From Verrucomicrobiia bacterium (GTDB taxonomy: Bacteria; Verrucomicrobiota; Verrucomicrobiia; Palsa-1439), in contig JBEKBH010000001.1 of assembly GCA_050015495.1 (NCBI GenBank), forward strand, positions 171,717-235,716: a stretch of 64,000 bases of DNA, given 5' to 3'. Position 1 is the first letter of the stretch. The number at the start of each line of letters is the position of its first letter. Shown here piece by piece: positions 16,212-26,434 of this stretch. The translations under genes and the position numbers were made by a program. Below the pieces are notes generated by a model that saw only the letters and a list, made by a program, of their open reading frames with translations, searched no databases and was not told where the DNA came from.

Positions 16212-18749
16212 TCACGACAAAACGGTCAATGTCCCGCTGGTAACGCCCAATTGCTTGACCACGTTCAAGCGCTGGAACCGAGCGGATGAATCAGCCGCGG
16301 TTCCCTCGATCAAATCCCGGTACGCCTGCAGGATCGCGCGGGCTTTCACGGCGTCTTCATCGAGCAATTCCACGCGAAAGACGCGGGCGCCGGCCTCGAC
16401 AAATGATTGCACAAAATCGCCGCCGCTCTGGGCTTTTGCGTGGTACACGGTGTTGCGGCAGCCCACGTCCGCTTTGAGGGGATGTTCCGCGCCTACGCGA
16501 TCACGCAATTTCACGTTATGGCGGTCGCAGGGTCGCCCGCAATTTGTGACATCCGTCCCGTTGGACATGAACGCGGCAAACACGCAGTGCTCCATGTGAA
16601 ACATCGGCATGTGCTGGTGGACCGTCAACTCGAACCAATGCGGCGGCGCCGCGTGCAATAAATCGATCACTTGCTGCGCGTTCAGGTCGTAGGAAATTGT
16701 CAGGCGTTCCAATCCCTCGCGCATCAGGAGCTCGGCGGCCAGCGGATTGGCGACATTGAGAGAAAAATCGCCGACCTTTCGCAACGTACTGTTCCGAAAA
16801 TAGTCCAGACCGCCGAGGTTGCGAATGAGAACGCCGTCCGGCTTGGCCGATTCGATCAGCTTGAAGAACCCCTGCTCGCCCGCCTTTTGAATTCGCGGCG
16901 TGGCCAGATAGATTCCTGCCCCGCCACGCTCTCGAACCTGCACGACGGCCTCGTGATACCGCCGGAGGTCCTCGAAATCCACGTAGAGGGTGGCGCAACC
17001 GGATTCCAGCGCGGCGGAGAGCTGATCCATCGTTCGACAGAGCGCAACCAGTTGCCGGGGACGATCCACCGTTTCTCTCGGAACGTTCACCAGGAGGTCC
17101 GAAAGGACCGGAGTTATCGCGGGCGACGGTTGCGCCTCATCATCCCCATCCTGTCGAGCCGAATGGATCTTCTCCACAAGTTCCCGACGCAACCGGTTCA
17201 ACTCGCTCACGGGGAGAATGGTCTGTCCAACCAGCTTGTTGTGTATCTCCCCCAACACGAAATTCGTTTCCCCGAGACGGCCGAGCTGGTCCCGCAAGGC
17301 TTTCTCGGTCAGCGGCCGCTTGAACGCCGTCTGCAATGGCATCGACGAATTGACGCGCACCCCGTTCGTTTCCACCGTCAGAAGTGTGCCGACGGCTCCC
17401 GTCACCGTGAGGTCGATGCTCGTCTTCGGCTGCGGGATGTCGCCTTTGTACGTTCGCCTCAATTCTCGTTCGAGCTGCGGGTCACTCGTCTTCCATACCC
17501 GGTCACCCGGTTTCAACCGGCCAAAGTCCACATGGCCACGCTCGAAAAATAGGCAATTCTCGCGGACCTGCCAGATGCGCCCGCCTTGTTCGTGGTCGGG
17601 ATCACCGCCCGTGTCAAACACCACGCCGTCGCCGGCGGCCAACGGCGTCTGCGCGTCCACCTCGACGTGATCGGCTCCGACCTGTCGAATCGCCCCGACA
17701 AACGGGCCGCGTTTCTTGCCGAACCGCGCCCGCACCAATTCCTGATGGTTCACGCCGTGCAACCAGCCGGAATACAGGCCGCGGGAGAAGGTCATCTCCA
17801 GCTTGTACTTGTCCGCGTCATCAACGGCGGCGGACTGCTCCGCGAGCGCCGCGTCAATCGCCTTGCGGTACACCTGGCACGTTGCCGCAACGTACTCGGG
17901 AGACTTCAGCCGTCCCTCGATCTTGAAACCGCTCACCCCGAGACGAATCAGTTCCGGTATCTCTTCGAGGGCCATCAGGTCCTGCGGCGACAGCAGGTAT
18001 CGACGGTCGCCCAATTCTTTCACGACCCCATCAACGACCAGTTCGTACGGCAACCGGCACGCCTGCGCGCACTCCCCGCGGTTGGCGCTCCGTTGGCCCA
18101 ATGCTTCACTGGTCAGGCACTGGCCCGAATACGCCACGCACAACGCGCCATGTACAAACACCTCCAGCAACGGCAGGCCCTCGGCGGCTCCGCCAAACTT
18201 CGCCATCTCAGGCATCGATGCTTCGCGCGCCAACACGATCCGCTTGATGCCGAGCCGGGCCGCAAACCTCGCGCCCTCCGGCGACGTAATGGTCATCTGT
18301 GTCGACGCATGAACATCCATCTTCGTGCCCAGTTCGCGCGCGAGCACCGCCAATCCAAGGTCCTGGACGATCACAACATCGACTCCCGCCGCGTCGAGCA
18401 GCATCAACTCGCGTTCGGCGTCGGTGAGTTCATCGGTAAAAATGAGCGTGTTGACGGTGCAAAATGCCCGGACACGATGACTGTGGAGAAACCGGACCAA
18501 CTCCGGCAACTGCTCCTCGGTAAAATTGTCTGCCCGCATCCGGGCATTGAAGCGTGGCAGGCCGAAATACACCGCGTCGGCGCCGTTGGCCACAGCCGCG
18601 CGCGCGCATTCCATATTCCCCGCAGGGGCGATCAACTCCGGTTTAATTCTCACGCGCCGCGAACATACCAGAAGCGCGCCCGCAAAGCCATCCTCGGTAT
18701 GCGCTCCGCGTGGGGAACCTCTGCTGAGGTGTGGGCTGTCGACGCCCAC
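16212..18749 (-). CDS. Tandem (duplicated) U32-family protein (peptidase U32 / O2-independent hydroxylase-like) with Cys-rich Fe-S-type motifs
   Basis: The N-terminal half VRIKPELIAPAGNMECARAAVANGADAVYFGL...CVAYSGQCLTSEALGQRSANRGECAQACR and the second half LVNVPRET...ATLYVDFED...GIYLATPRI... both resemble U32 domains. The true start may be the GTG at 18653 or the Met at NMEC. Confidence 0.75.
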   Translation of the reverse strand: MGVDSPHLSRGSPRGAHTEDGFAGALLVCSRRVRIKPELIAPAGNMECARAAVANGADAVYFGLPRFNARMRADNFTEEQLPELVRFLHSHRVRAFCTVNTLIFTDELTDAERELMLLDAAGVDVVIVQDLGLAVLARELGTKMDVHASTQMTITSPEGARFAARLGIKRIVLAREASMPEMAKFGGAAEGLPLLEVFVHGALCVAYSGQCLTSEALGQRSANRGECAQACRLPYELVVDGVVKELGDRRYLLSPQDLMALEEIPELIRLGVSGFKIEGRLKSPEYVAATCQVYRKAIDAALAEQSAAVDDADKYKLEMTFSRGLYSGWLHGVNHQELVRARFGKKRGPFVGAIRQVGADHVEVDAQTPLAAGDGVVFDTGGDPDHEQGGRIWQVRENCLFFERGHVDFGRLKPGDRVWKTSDPQLERELRRTYKGDIPQPKTSIDLTVTGAVGTLLTVETNGVRVNSSMPLQTAFKRPLTEKALRDQLGRLGETNFVLGEIHNKLVGQTILPVSELNRLRRELVEKIHSARQDGDDEAQPSPAITPVLSDLLVNVPRETVDRPRQLVALCRTMDQLSAALESGCATLYVDFEDLRRYHEAVVQVRERGGAGIYLATPRIQKAGEQGFFKLIESAKPDGVLIRNLGGLDYFRNSTLRKVGDFSLNVANPLAAELLMREGLERLTISYDLNAQQVIDLLHAAPPHWFELTVHQHMPMFHMEHCVFAAFMSNGTDVTNCGRPCDRHNVKLRDRVGAEHPLKADVGCRNTVYHAKAQSGGDFVQSFVEAGARVFRVELLDEDAVKARAILQAYRDLIEGTAADSSARFQRLNVVKQLGVTSGTLTVLS

Positions 18750-18844
18750 AATTCTAGGTGGGGACGGGGTTCTCTTTGTGCTTTCCTCGCGTTTCGATCA
18801 AGCGTTTAATGCAGCTCGGACAATTGATCGGTATCGTTACGCGT

Positions 18845-19222
18845 ATGAAAAGTACAATGGTGCTTGTGGTTTGCCTGTTCGTGGTCAATGGGTGCTCCCC
18901 GGTGCAAGACCTAGAGCGATCAAAGGTGATGACGGGGGGCGAAATCAGGAATCTGGTTGGAGCGATCGATCTATATACGCTAGACACTGGAGCGCCACCG
19001 GGAACGAACATGGGGCTTGAGGCGTTAATAACAGATCCCGGAGTGTCTGCATGGCATGGCCCCTACCTCCGTCCAGCGGTACTACCCAAAGACTCTTGGG
19101 GAACGGTTTTGCGGTACCGTTTGGCGGGCTCGAACTATGTCATCCAATCGGCAGGGCCAGACCGCAAATTTGATACGCCTGACGACATCTGTATGACGCA
19201 GCGTGTGTGGCGCGATCCCTAG
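18845..19222 (+). CDS. Lipoprotein carrying a T2SS GspG-like (pseudopilin C-terminal) domain without a prepilin leader
   Basis: MKSTMVLVVCLFVVNGCSP is a lipobox signal. LEALITDPGVSAWHGPYLRPAVLPKDSWGTVLRYRLAGSNYVIQSAGPDRKFDTPDDI mirrors the GspG signature (..W.GPYL....DPWG..Y.Y......Y.L.S.G.DG.....DDI). Lower GC than the flanks. Confidence 0.55.
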   Translation: MKSTMVLVVCLFVVNGCSPVQDLERSKVMTGGEIRNLVGAIDLYTLDTGAPPGTNMGLEALITDPGVSAWHGPYLRPAVLPKDSWGTVLRYRLAGSNYVIQSAGPDRKFDTPDDICMTQRVWRDP

Positions 19223-19394
19223 GCGAAGGAAGCCTTAGCCGGCGCGCCATCCCCTGCATGTTTAAAGCGGGGGCCAGTTCCCCGACCGTGATGACCGACG
19301 CGTGTGAGCGACGGGTCAATATACGTCTCCCGCTCGTTCATATTTCTCCCACTAGAGACACAGGTGAGACACCTGTGCTACTCTTACAGTTGCG

Positions 19395-20861
19395 ATGAAG
19401 GAAACGGCGACGAACATTGTCCGACGGCTGCGCGCGGCGGGCCATGTGACGTATTTTGTCGGCGGATGTGTGCGCGACATGGTGCAGGGCACCGAACCGC
19501 ATGACTTCGATATCGCCACGAGCGCCACACCTGAAGAGGTTCAGGCGCTCTATCCCAGGACCGTCCCTGTCGGCGCGGCCTTCGGCGTCGTGTTGGTCCT
19601 CGAAGATGACCACCAATTCGAGGTCGCCACGTTTCGCAGCGATGACGCCTATATCGACGGACGGCGTCCCACCGGCGTTCACTACGGCTCGCCGCAAGAG
19701 GACGCTCAGCGCCGAGATTTCACGGTCAACGGATTGTTTTATGATCCGTTGGCATCTGAGACACAGAACGGCGCGCCCGGCGGTCGCGCCCTACCCACGG
19801 CAACTGATGCCCTACCGGGGATAATCGATTACGTCGGCGGTCGGGCCGACATCGAGCGAAGGCTGGTGCGGACGATTGGCGATCCGCGGCGGCGGTTTAC
19901 CGAAGACAAGTTGCGAATGCTGCGCGCCGTCCGATTTGCGGCCAATTTGGAATTTGCCATCGATCCCGCGACGTTCGACGCGGTCAAGGAGATGGCGTCC
20001 CAAATCCACGTTGTCAGCGCGGAACGGATCCGCGACGAACTGATCAAGATTCTTACGCGATCGCACGCGGGTCGCGGCCTGGAACTGCTCGATGCCAGCG
20101 GGCTTTTACAGGAGATTCTACCCGAAATTGCCGCGATGAAGGGGGTCGAGCAACCGCCCGAGTTTCATCCCGAAGGCGATGTGTTCCAACACACGAGGTT
20201 GATGCTTGAGACGATGAGCGAAACGGCGCTCGCGGCGCGAGCGCCCTACCGTAGCGCGAGTGAAACGGCGCGCTCGGCGAGCACGCCCTACCACGACCCG
20301 GTGGTGCTCGCGTTCGCCGTCCTGTTGCACGACGTGGGCAAGCCGCCCACATTCACGCGCGCCCCGGACCGGATCCGGTTCAACGACCACGACCGCATCG
20401 GCGCGGAGATGGCGGAAACGATCCTGCGTCGACTTCGCTTCCCCAACGAGGAAATCGACAAGATCACCCTCTGCGTTCGCGAACACATGCGGTTTCAATT
20501 CGTCAAGGAAATGCGGCCGGCGAAACTCAAGCGCATCCTCGCCCGCGCCACGTTTCCCGACGAACTTGAACTCCACCGGATCGATTGCGCCTCCAGCCAC
20601 CGGAATCTGGAGAACTACGAATTCCTTAAGGCCAAGGCCGCGGAGTTGCCACCGGAAGCCGTCAAACCCGAGCCGCTCTTGAACGGCCACGATCTGCTGG
20701 CTCTCGGGCTTACGCCAGGCCCGATGGTGGGACAGATCCTGCGGGAGGTGGAGGAACTACAATTGGAGGAACGCCTGAAATCACGGGCGGAGGCATTGGA
20801 CTTCGCGAAGTCACGAGTGTCGGCGGCATCCGCCTCGCCCGGCGGCGGCGCGGCGACCTGA
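19395..20861 (+). CDS. cca: CCA-adding tRNA nucleotidyltransferase with an HD domain
   Basis: Polymerase-beta head (GHVTYFVGGCVRDMVQG...DFDIAT...RRDFTVNGLFYD) and an HD phosphohydrolase region (LLHDVGKP...HDRIGAE). Confidence 0.85.
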   Translation: MKETATNIVRRLRAAGHVTYFVGGCVRDMVQGTEPHDFDIATSATPEEVQALYPRTVPVGAAFGVVLVLEDDHQFEVATFRSDDAYIDGRRPTGVHYGSPQEDAQRRDFTVNGLFYDPLASETQNGAPGGRALPTATDALPGIIDYVGGRADIERRLVRTIGDPRRRFTEDKLRMLRAVRFAANLEFAIDPATFDAVKEMASQIHVVSAERIRDELIKILTRSHAGRGLELLDASGLLQEILPEIAAMKGVEQPPEFHPEGDVFQHTRLMLETMSETALAARAPYRSASETARSASTPYHDPVVLAFAVLLHDVGKPPTFTRAPDRIRFNDHDRIGAEMAETILRRLRFPNEEIDKITLCVREHMRFQFVKEMRPAKLKRILARATFPDELELHRIDCASSHRNLENYEFLKAKAAELPPEAVKPEPLLNGHDLLALGLTPGPMVGQILREVEELQLEERLKSRAEALDFAKSRVSAASASPGGGAAT

Positions 20862-21924
20862 GACTCGATTGCAGCAACAGGTACCGATTGACGTTGTCGG
20901 GCGAAACCATTCCGACCAGCTGCCCCTCATCCACGACGACCACCGCGTTTGTGCTTGTGCCGTTGATGATCTCCTCACACGCCTGCGCCAACCTGTCCCG
21001 CGGCGACGCCAGCGTCACATTCGTCCCGATAATCGTCATCACCGGCGTGTTGGCTCCCTGCGCATTCGTCGCTTCGACGAGTCCCGACCGCGTCACCATG
21101 CCCACGAGTCTTCCCTCTTCGAGCACAGGAAAATCGTCCTGACCTGTCTGATAGATCAACTCGATTCCGCGCGACACGGGATCCGAGGGTGAAAGCACCG
21201 CGACTCCCCGGCTCATCACATCCCCGACGGCCAGGTCGCGCAACGCGCTTCGCATCCGCACGACGCGTTCCTCACCTTCGGCGCCCAGGAAGATGAACGC
21301 CCCGATCAAGACGAGCCAGAAAGAGAATTTCAATCCGACGACCACGAACAGGATGGCCAATCCCTGCCCCACCATGGCGGCGATCGTCGTGGCTTGCCGG
21401 TACGGGAGGACGAGGGCCAACACCGCCCGCAGCAGCCGCCCACCGTCCATCGGAAACGCGGGAATAAAGTTAAACACGAAGAGCGTGATATTTGCCTGGG
21501 TGAGGGTTAGCAACAGTCCATGAAAATCCTGGGGCATGGCCACGATCAGCCAGTGTGACGGTGTGCCCGTGAATGGAATCAACGCGCACGCGATGGCGGC
21601 ATTGACCATCGGCCCCGCCACGGTGATGGCAATCTCGTGCCAAGGATTTTCCGGGATGCTGCGCAACGCCGCCACGCCACCGATTGGCAGAAGTGTAATG
21701 CTTCTCACCTGCACGCCAAGTTGTTGGGCCACAACACTATGTCCAAGCTCGTGGAGGGCGATGCAGGCAAATATCGTGCTGAACATCGCCACCGCCCAAC
21801 CAGCCCCGTTTAGCCCGTCATCCATGAAGCCGCCGTACGCTATGAAGGCGAGGAATAGAAGGAACGTAAAATGCAGCCGCAGGCTGATCCCGAATACCCG
21901 ACCGATTGGAAGCGACCATTTCAT
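20710..21924 (-). CDS. Site-2 protease family (M50) zinc metalloprotease with a tandem CBS pair
   Basis: Starts MKWSLPIGRVFGISLRLHFTF. Has the HELGH zinc motif in a TM helix, a second motif (FNFIPAFPMDGGRLL), then CBS-like segments (VGDVMSRGVAVLSP...LVGMVTRSGL ; TNAVVVVDEGQLVGMVSPDNV). The track ORF to 22506 is an upstream read-through. The C-terminal tail overlaps the cca 3' end by 150 bp. Confidence 0.8.
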   Translation of the reverse strand: MKWSLPIGRVFGISLRLHFTFLLFLAFIAYGGFMDDGLNGAGWAVAMFSTIFACIALHELGHSVVAQQLGVQVRSITLLPIGGVAALRSIPENPWHEIAITVAGPMVNAAIACALIPFTGTPSHWLIVAMPQDFHGLLLTLTQANITLFVFNFIPAFPMDGGRLLRAVLALVLPYRQATTIAAMVGQGLAILFVVVGLKFSFWLVLIGAFIFLGAEGEERVVRMRSALRDLAVGDVMSRGVAVLSPSDPVSRGIELIYQTGQDDFPVLEEGRLVGMVTRSGLVEATNAQGANTPVMTIIGTNVTLASPRDRLAQACEEIINGTSTNAVVVVDEGQLVGMVSPDNVNRYLLLQSSLRSPRRRRARRMPPTLVTSRSPMPPPVISGVPPIVVPPPPAGSVPPSGLA

Positions 21925-22032
21925 TGTCTTATCCCTAACACTGAAGGGCGAGTGCCGCAAGTAGCGATCTCCCCGCCGATTACCGCAGGGAGGCTTGCCC
22001 TGCGGGGACAGTGTGACTATGATGCGAGGCCT

Positions 22033-23460
<1,428 letters not shown>

Positions 23461-23485
23461 GAGCACGGTCATGGCCAGCTACTGG

Positions 23486-23926
23486 CTACTGGATCGTGAT
23501 GCCCTTTCGCTCCATCTCGTCAACTTGTTCCTTCGTCAGTGTCCCAAAACACCCCGGAAGCTTGCCTTGAGAAATGAGGTTGCGAAGGTATTCCGCCTGG
23601 CGGTGAACGGCTTGCTGGTGCGCTATCTGGTTATTTTGATGCTTGGCGGCAGCCGCATACTCGGAGGCGAACGGGTCCTCTCGGGCGGGCGCAGCTTGAG
23701 AACCTTGTACCGCTTGGGCGGCATTCCAATCCGGCTCGCTCCTCGTCACCGGTTCCTCGGGGGGAGCCGGAGCCGATTTCTGCGGCGCCACCACGGCCGG
23801 TTCCGCTGGCGACAGCGTCTGGATGAACGAGTACGCCATGAAAATGACCGAAGTGGCCGCCGTCGCCGCCAGAACCACGAGCCAGCGCTTCGAACCGGCA
23901 TCTATCGTCCGCGGAATCGCAATCAT
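23486..23926 (-). CDS. Hypothetical membrane-anchored protein, last gene of the minor-pilin operon
   Basis: 146 aa. N-terminal TM (WLVVLAATAATSVIFMAYSF), a Pro/Ala-rich linker and a C-terminal conserved-looking LPGCFGTLTKEQVDEMERKGITIQ. No known motif recognised. Confidence 0.4.
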   Translation of the reverse strand: MIAIPRTIDAGSKRWLVVLAATAATSVIFMAYSFIQTLSPAEPAVVAPQKSAPAPPEEPVTRSEPDWNAAQAVQGSQAAPAREDPFASEYAAAAKHQNNQIAHQQAVHRQAEYLRNLISQGKLPGCFGTLTKEQVDEMERKGITIQ

Positions 23927-23932
23927 ACCCGA

Positions 23933-25249
23933 CTAGTGGCCCTCCTGCCATTGACTGAAATTGATCTTGCCGGAAATCACCGGGTAGTCCGGCGGCGGTT
24001 TCGTCAGGAACCGCGAGTCATAGTTATAGTTCTTGGCGTAGCCGGTTCCGACGCCTCCTGACTCGTTAGCCGTGCCCACGGCGCCACGTACCGCCTGCAC
24101 GATCCCGCCGTACACCGTGAGGGTGCCGGTGGGGGTCATCGTGGCGTAATCAATCACGCCAAAGCTGCCGGTACCTCCGCTGCTGGTGCCAGCGGCAATC
24201 ATCGCCGCGTCAATCGTCAGCGCAGCCGGTGCACTCGTGCCCACCCAAATGTTGTCCTGCGAAATCAATCCCAGGGCGTCGGTGGTTGTCGGAGTGGTTA
24301 CCGGATTGTGCGTATACGTGATGTTATTTTCGATGTACATGCTGGACTCGCTGGCAACCGTCAGGGGTCCGGTCACGGTCCCGCCTTCCAGGTAGATCGT
24401 GCCTGACTTTGAGCCCGAGGAGGTTCCGTTGTTCGCCACATAAATTAGCCCCCCGGCGGCGGGGATCGTGTAATGAATGTTTGTGCTGGAATTCTGGATT
24501 GTGACCGTACCGCCGTTGAACGTGATCGTCGTGGTACCGCTGATTTCCACGCCACTGCTGGTGGCGATAGTTTTCAGCGACAAGGAGCCTGTGTTGAAGT
24601 TCACGTCGGCCATCGTCCCCTCAGACGTATTCAATGTCAGACCATCTGTCAGGGTGGCTCCGGAGATGCTCCCGGAATACGTTCCAGCGTCGGACTCAAG
24701 CGTAGAATAGAATACCGGGTTGCCGTCAAAGTACAGTTCTGTATAGGAGTAAACGGGCCCGTAAAGCACGTCCCCCGTGGCAAAGCTGACAGCGTTGTTG
24801 TTGCTGCTCCAGAGGGCGAACGACGCATACGTCGGCTGGTACACGTCTAACAGACTGACGACCCGCGATACGGGGTGGTTCGCCCCGCTGCCATTGGAAA
24901 CGCCGCTGACCGTTCCCGTCGAGACAATGCAGTACGTGTCGGTGTTGGTCCGATAAATATAGTAGTTGTAAGTTCCCGATCCCACGCTTCCGCTACCGTT
25001 GGTCGCCCCGGTGGACGAAGTGACCATGACGGTGAGGTTCGACTGCATGAACCGAGCGGCAACTTCGACCCCGGCCTCCGCCACATACATGGCCTGATCC
25101 AGGTTGACCTGTCGCACCGAAATCGCCCGATGGTCACTGGCAACATCGAGAATGGTCACCACTAGGCCGATCACTATGAGCGTCAGACCCAAGGTCACGA
25201 GGAAGACCGATCCCTTTTCATCTTCAGATGCTTGTTTGGCTCTATTCAT
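23933..25249 (-). CDS. PilX-like large minor pilin / pilus tip-associated protein
   Basis: An N-terminal hydrophobic helix and LDQAMYVAEAGVEVAARFMQ resemble the PilX N-terminal domain. Long Thr/Ser/Gly-rich beta-rich body (438 aa) inside a pilin gene cluster. Confidence 0.6.
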   Translation of the reverse strand: MNRAKQASEDEKGSVFLVTLGLTLIVIGLVVTILDVASDHRAISVRQVNLDQAMYVAEAGVEVAARFMQSNLTVMVTSSTGATNGSGSVGSGTYNYYIYRTNTDTYCIVSTGTVSGVSNGSGANHPVSRVVSLLDVYQPTYASFALWSSNNNAVSFATGDVLYGPVYSYTELYFDGNPVFYSTLESDAGTYSGSISGATLTDGLTLNTSEGTMADVNFNTGSLSLKTIATSSGVEISGTTTITFNGGTVTIQNSSTNIHYTIPAAGGLIYVANNGTSSGSKSGTIYLEGGTVTGPLTVASESSMYIENNITYTHNPVTTPTTTDALGLISQDNIWVGTSAPAALTIDAAMIAAGTSSGGTGSFGVIDYATMTPTGTLTVYGGIVQAVRGAVGTANESGGVGTGYAKNYNYDSRFLTKPPPDYPVISGKINFSQWQEGH

Positions 25250-25295
25250 ACGCCAACTTCCTTATGACTGATTTCGTCGATGTTTATTTTGACCG

Positions 25296-25784
25296 TCAAT
25301 TCCTGAATTCCACGAATGTCGCCATCGTGTTCGTCAACGTCCGCCCGCCGCAACTCTGGGCGACAGAGACGGAAATCTGAACGCCGTTTGTCGTGTTTGT
25401 TAGCGTCGAGGCAACCAGATTCGAGACAACAAGGTCGCCAGATTGGTCGACGATGGTGTGGTTCGTTGCGGAGTAGGTGAACGAGAGCCCGCTATCATAC
25501 GAAAACACCCAATTGCTGCTCGTGGAGGTCGTGGTGACGGTGCTGGCCTGCGCTTCCCGCAGCCCGGCGTTCGTGCCGATGCCGATCACCATGCGATCCA
25601 GTGCGAAACTCGCCTGCACGGCGGTGGTGCCCATCAGGCTCGTCTCGTTATAGGTCTGGAGGACCTGCCAAAATACATTGAAACTACCGACGGTGACAAG
25701 GGTCAGGATGGCCACCGACACGCACATTTCGACGAGGGTGAACCCGCCCGCCGGTCGCCGTGCCCTTGTCTTGCGGAGGTTCAT
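25296..25784 (-). CDS. Prepilin-type N-terminal cleavage/methylation domain protein (minor pilin / pseudopilin)
   Basis: RRPAGGFTLVEMCVSVAILTLV is the class III signal peptide (G|FTLVE). Confidence 0.7.
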   Translation of the reverse strand: MNLRKTRARRPAGGFTLVEMCVSVAILTLVTVGSFNVFWQVLQTYNETSLMGTTAVQASFALDRMVIGIGTNAGLREAQASTVTTTSTSSNWVFSYDSGLSFTYSATNHTIVDQSGDLVVSNLVASTLTNTTNGVQISVSVAQSCGGRTLTNTMATFVEFRN

Positions 25785-26188
25785 GGGTGCAGTGTCGATG
25801 TCAGTATCGTCGCCAACGTATTCGTGGCGATGTTGTTCGTAATACTACGGTTGATGTAGTTAATGTACGTGACGTTCACCGTCACATTCTTGGTACATGA
25901 ATTGAGATTGGTCACTGTGTACGTGCCGATGACGCTGCCGTTCGTGAACACGTGCGTCCCCGCGTTCAGGGATGAGGAATTCGTCAGGCTCAGCGTCCGC
26001 AACGTCTCCAGTTCGTAGCGGGCGGAGTGCAGCGCGGCCATTTGATTGGCCGCCGTTTTGACCCCCTGCATGGACATCGTGAAACTAATGACGCAGACAC
26101 TGAGTGTAACGGCCAAGATCCCGATCGCCAGCATCGACTCCACCAGCGTGAACCCCGCATCCCCCTGACATGGCTTCCGACTCATCAT
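25781..26188 (-). CDS. Prepilin-type N-terminal cleavage/methylation domain protein (minor pilin / pseudopilin)
   Basis: MMSRKPCQGDAGFTLVESMLAIGILAVTL is the class III signal peptide. The track ORF extends upstream to 26299. The MM start at 26188 was chosen. 4-bp overlap with the next gene. Confidence 0.65.
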   Translation of the reverse strand: MMSRKPCQGDAGFTLVESMLAIGILAVTLSVCVISFTMSMQGVKTAANQMAALHSARYELETLRTLSLTNSSSLNAGTHVFTNGSVIGTYTVTNLNSCTKNVTVNVTYINYINRSITNNIATNTLATILTSTLHP

Positions 26189-26351
26189 TTCTCCTGTGCT
26201 CAACGGCACACCGCGCACCTTCCATGAAGCAAGTGACGTACCGGTAGCGCCTTCCGAGGGAACACTGACAAACACCTGTGGTTCTGCTGGGATTGCCAAT
26301 CATGCCTCCACCTGTCGCCCCTGCAGAACTGAGAACCATTCGCAACGGTGC

Positions 26352-26379
26352 GAGGGGCGTCCCCCGTGGGACGCCCCTC
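26352..26379 (-). terminator. GC-rich perfect hairpin (12-bp stem, 4-nt loop) 56 bp downstream of pilQ
   Basis: GAGGGGCGTCCC-ccgt-GGGACGCCCCTC. No clear U tract, so this is a terminator or attenuator/processing-site candidate separating pilQ from the pseudopilin genes. Confidence 0.35.
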
Positions 26380-26434
26380 CCCACCCCGGGCTCCCGCCCT
26401 CACCTCTCGGGAACCGCTAACTTCCGCAGCCCGA

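Noticed and set aside
17586-18809. 407-aa + strand ORF
   Set aside because: Antisense to the U32 gene. Arg/His-rich low complexity.
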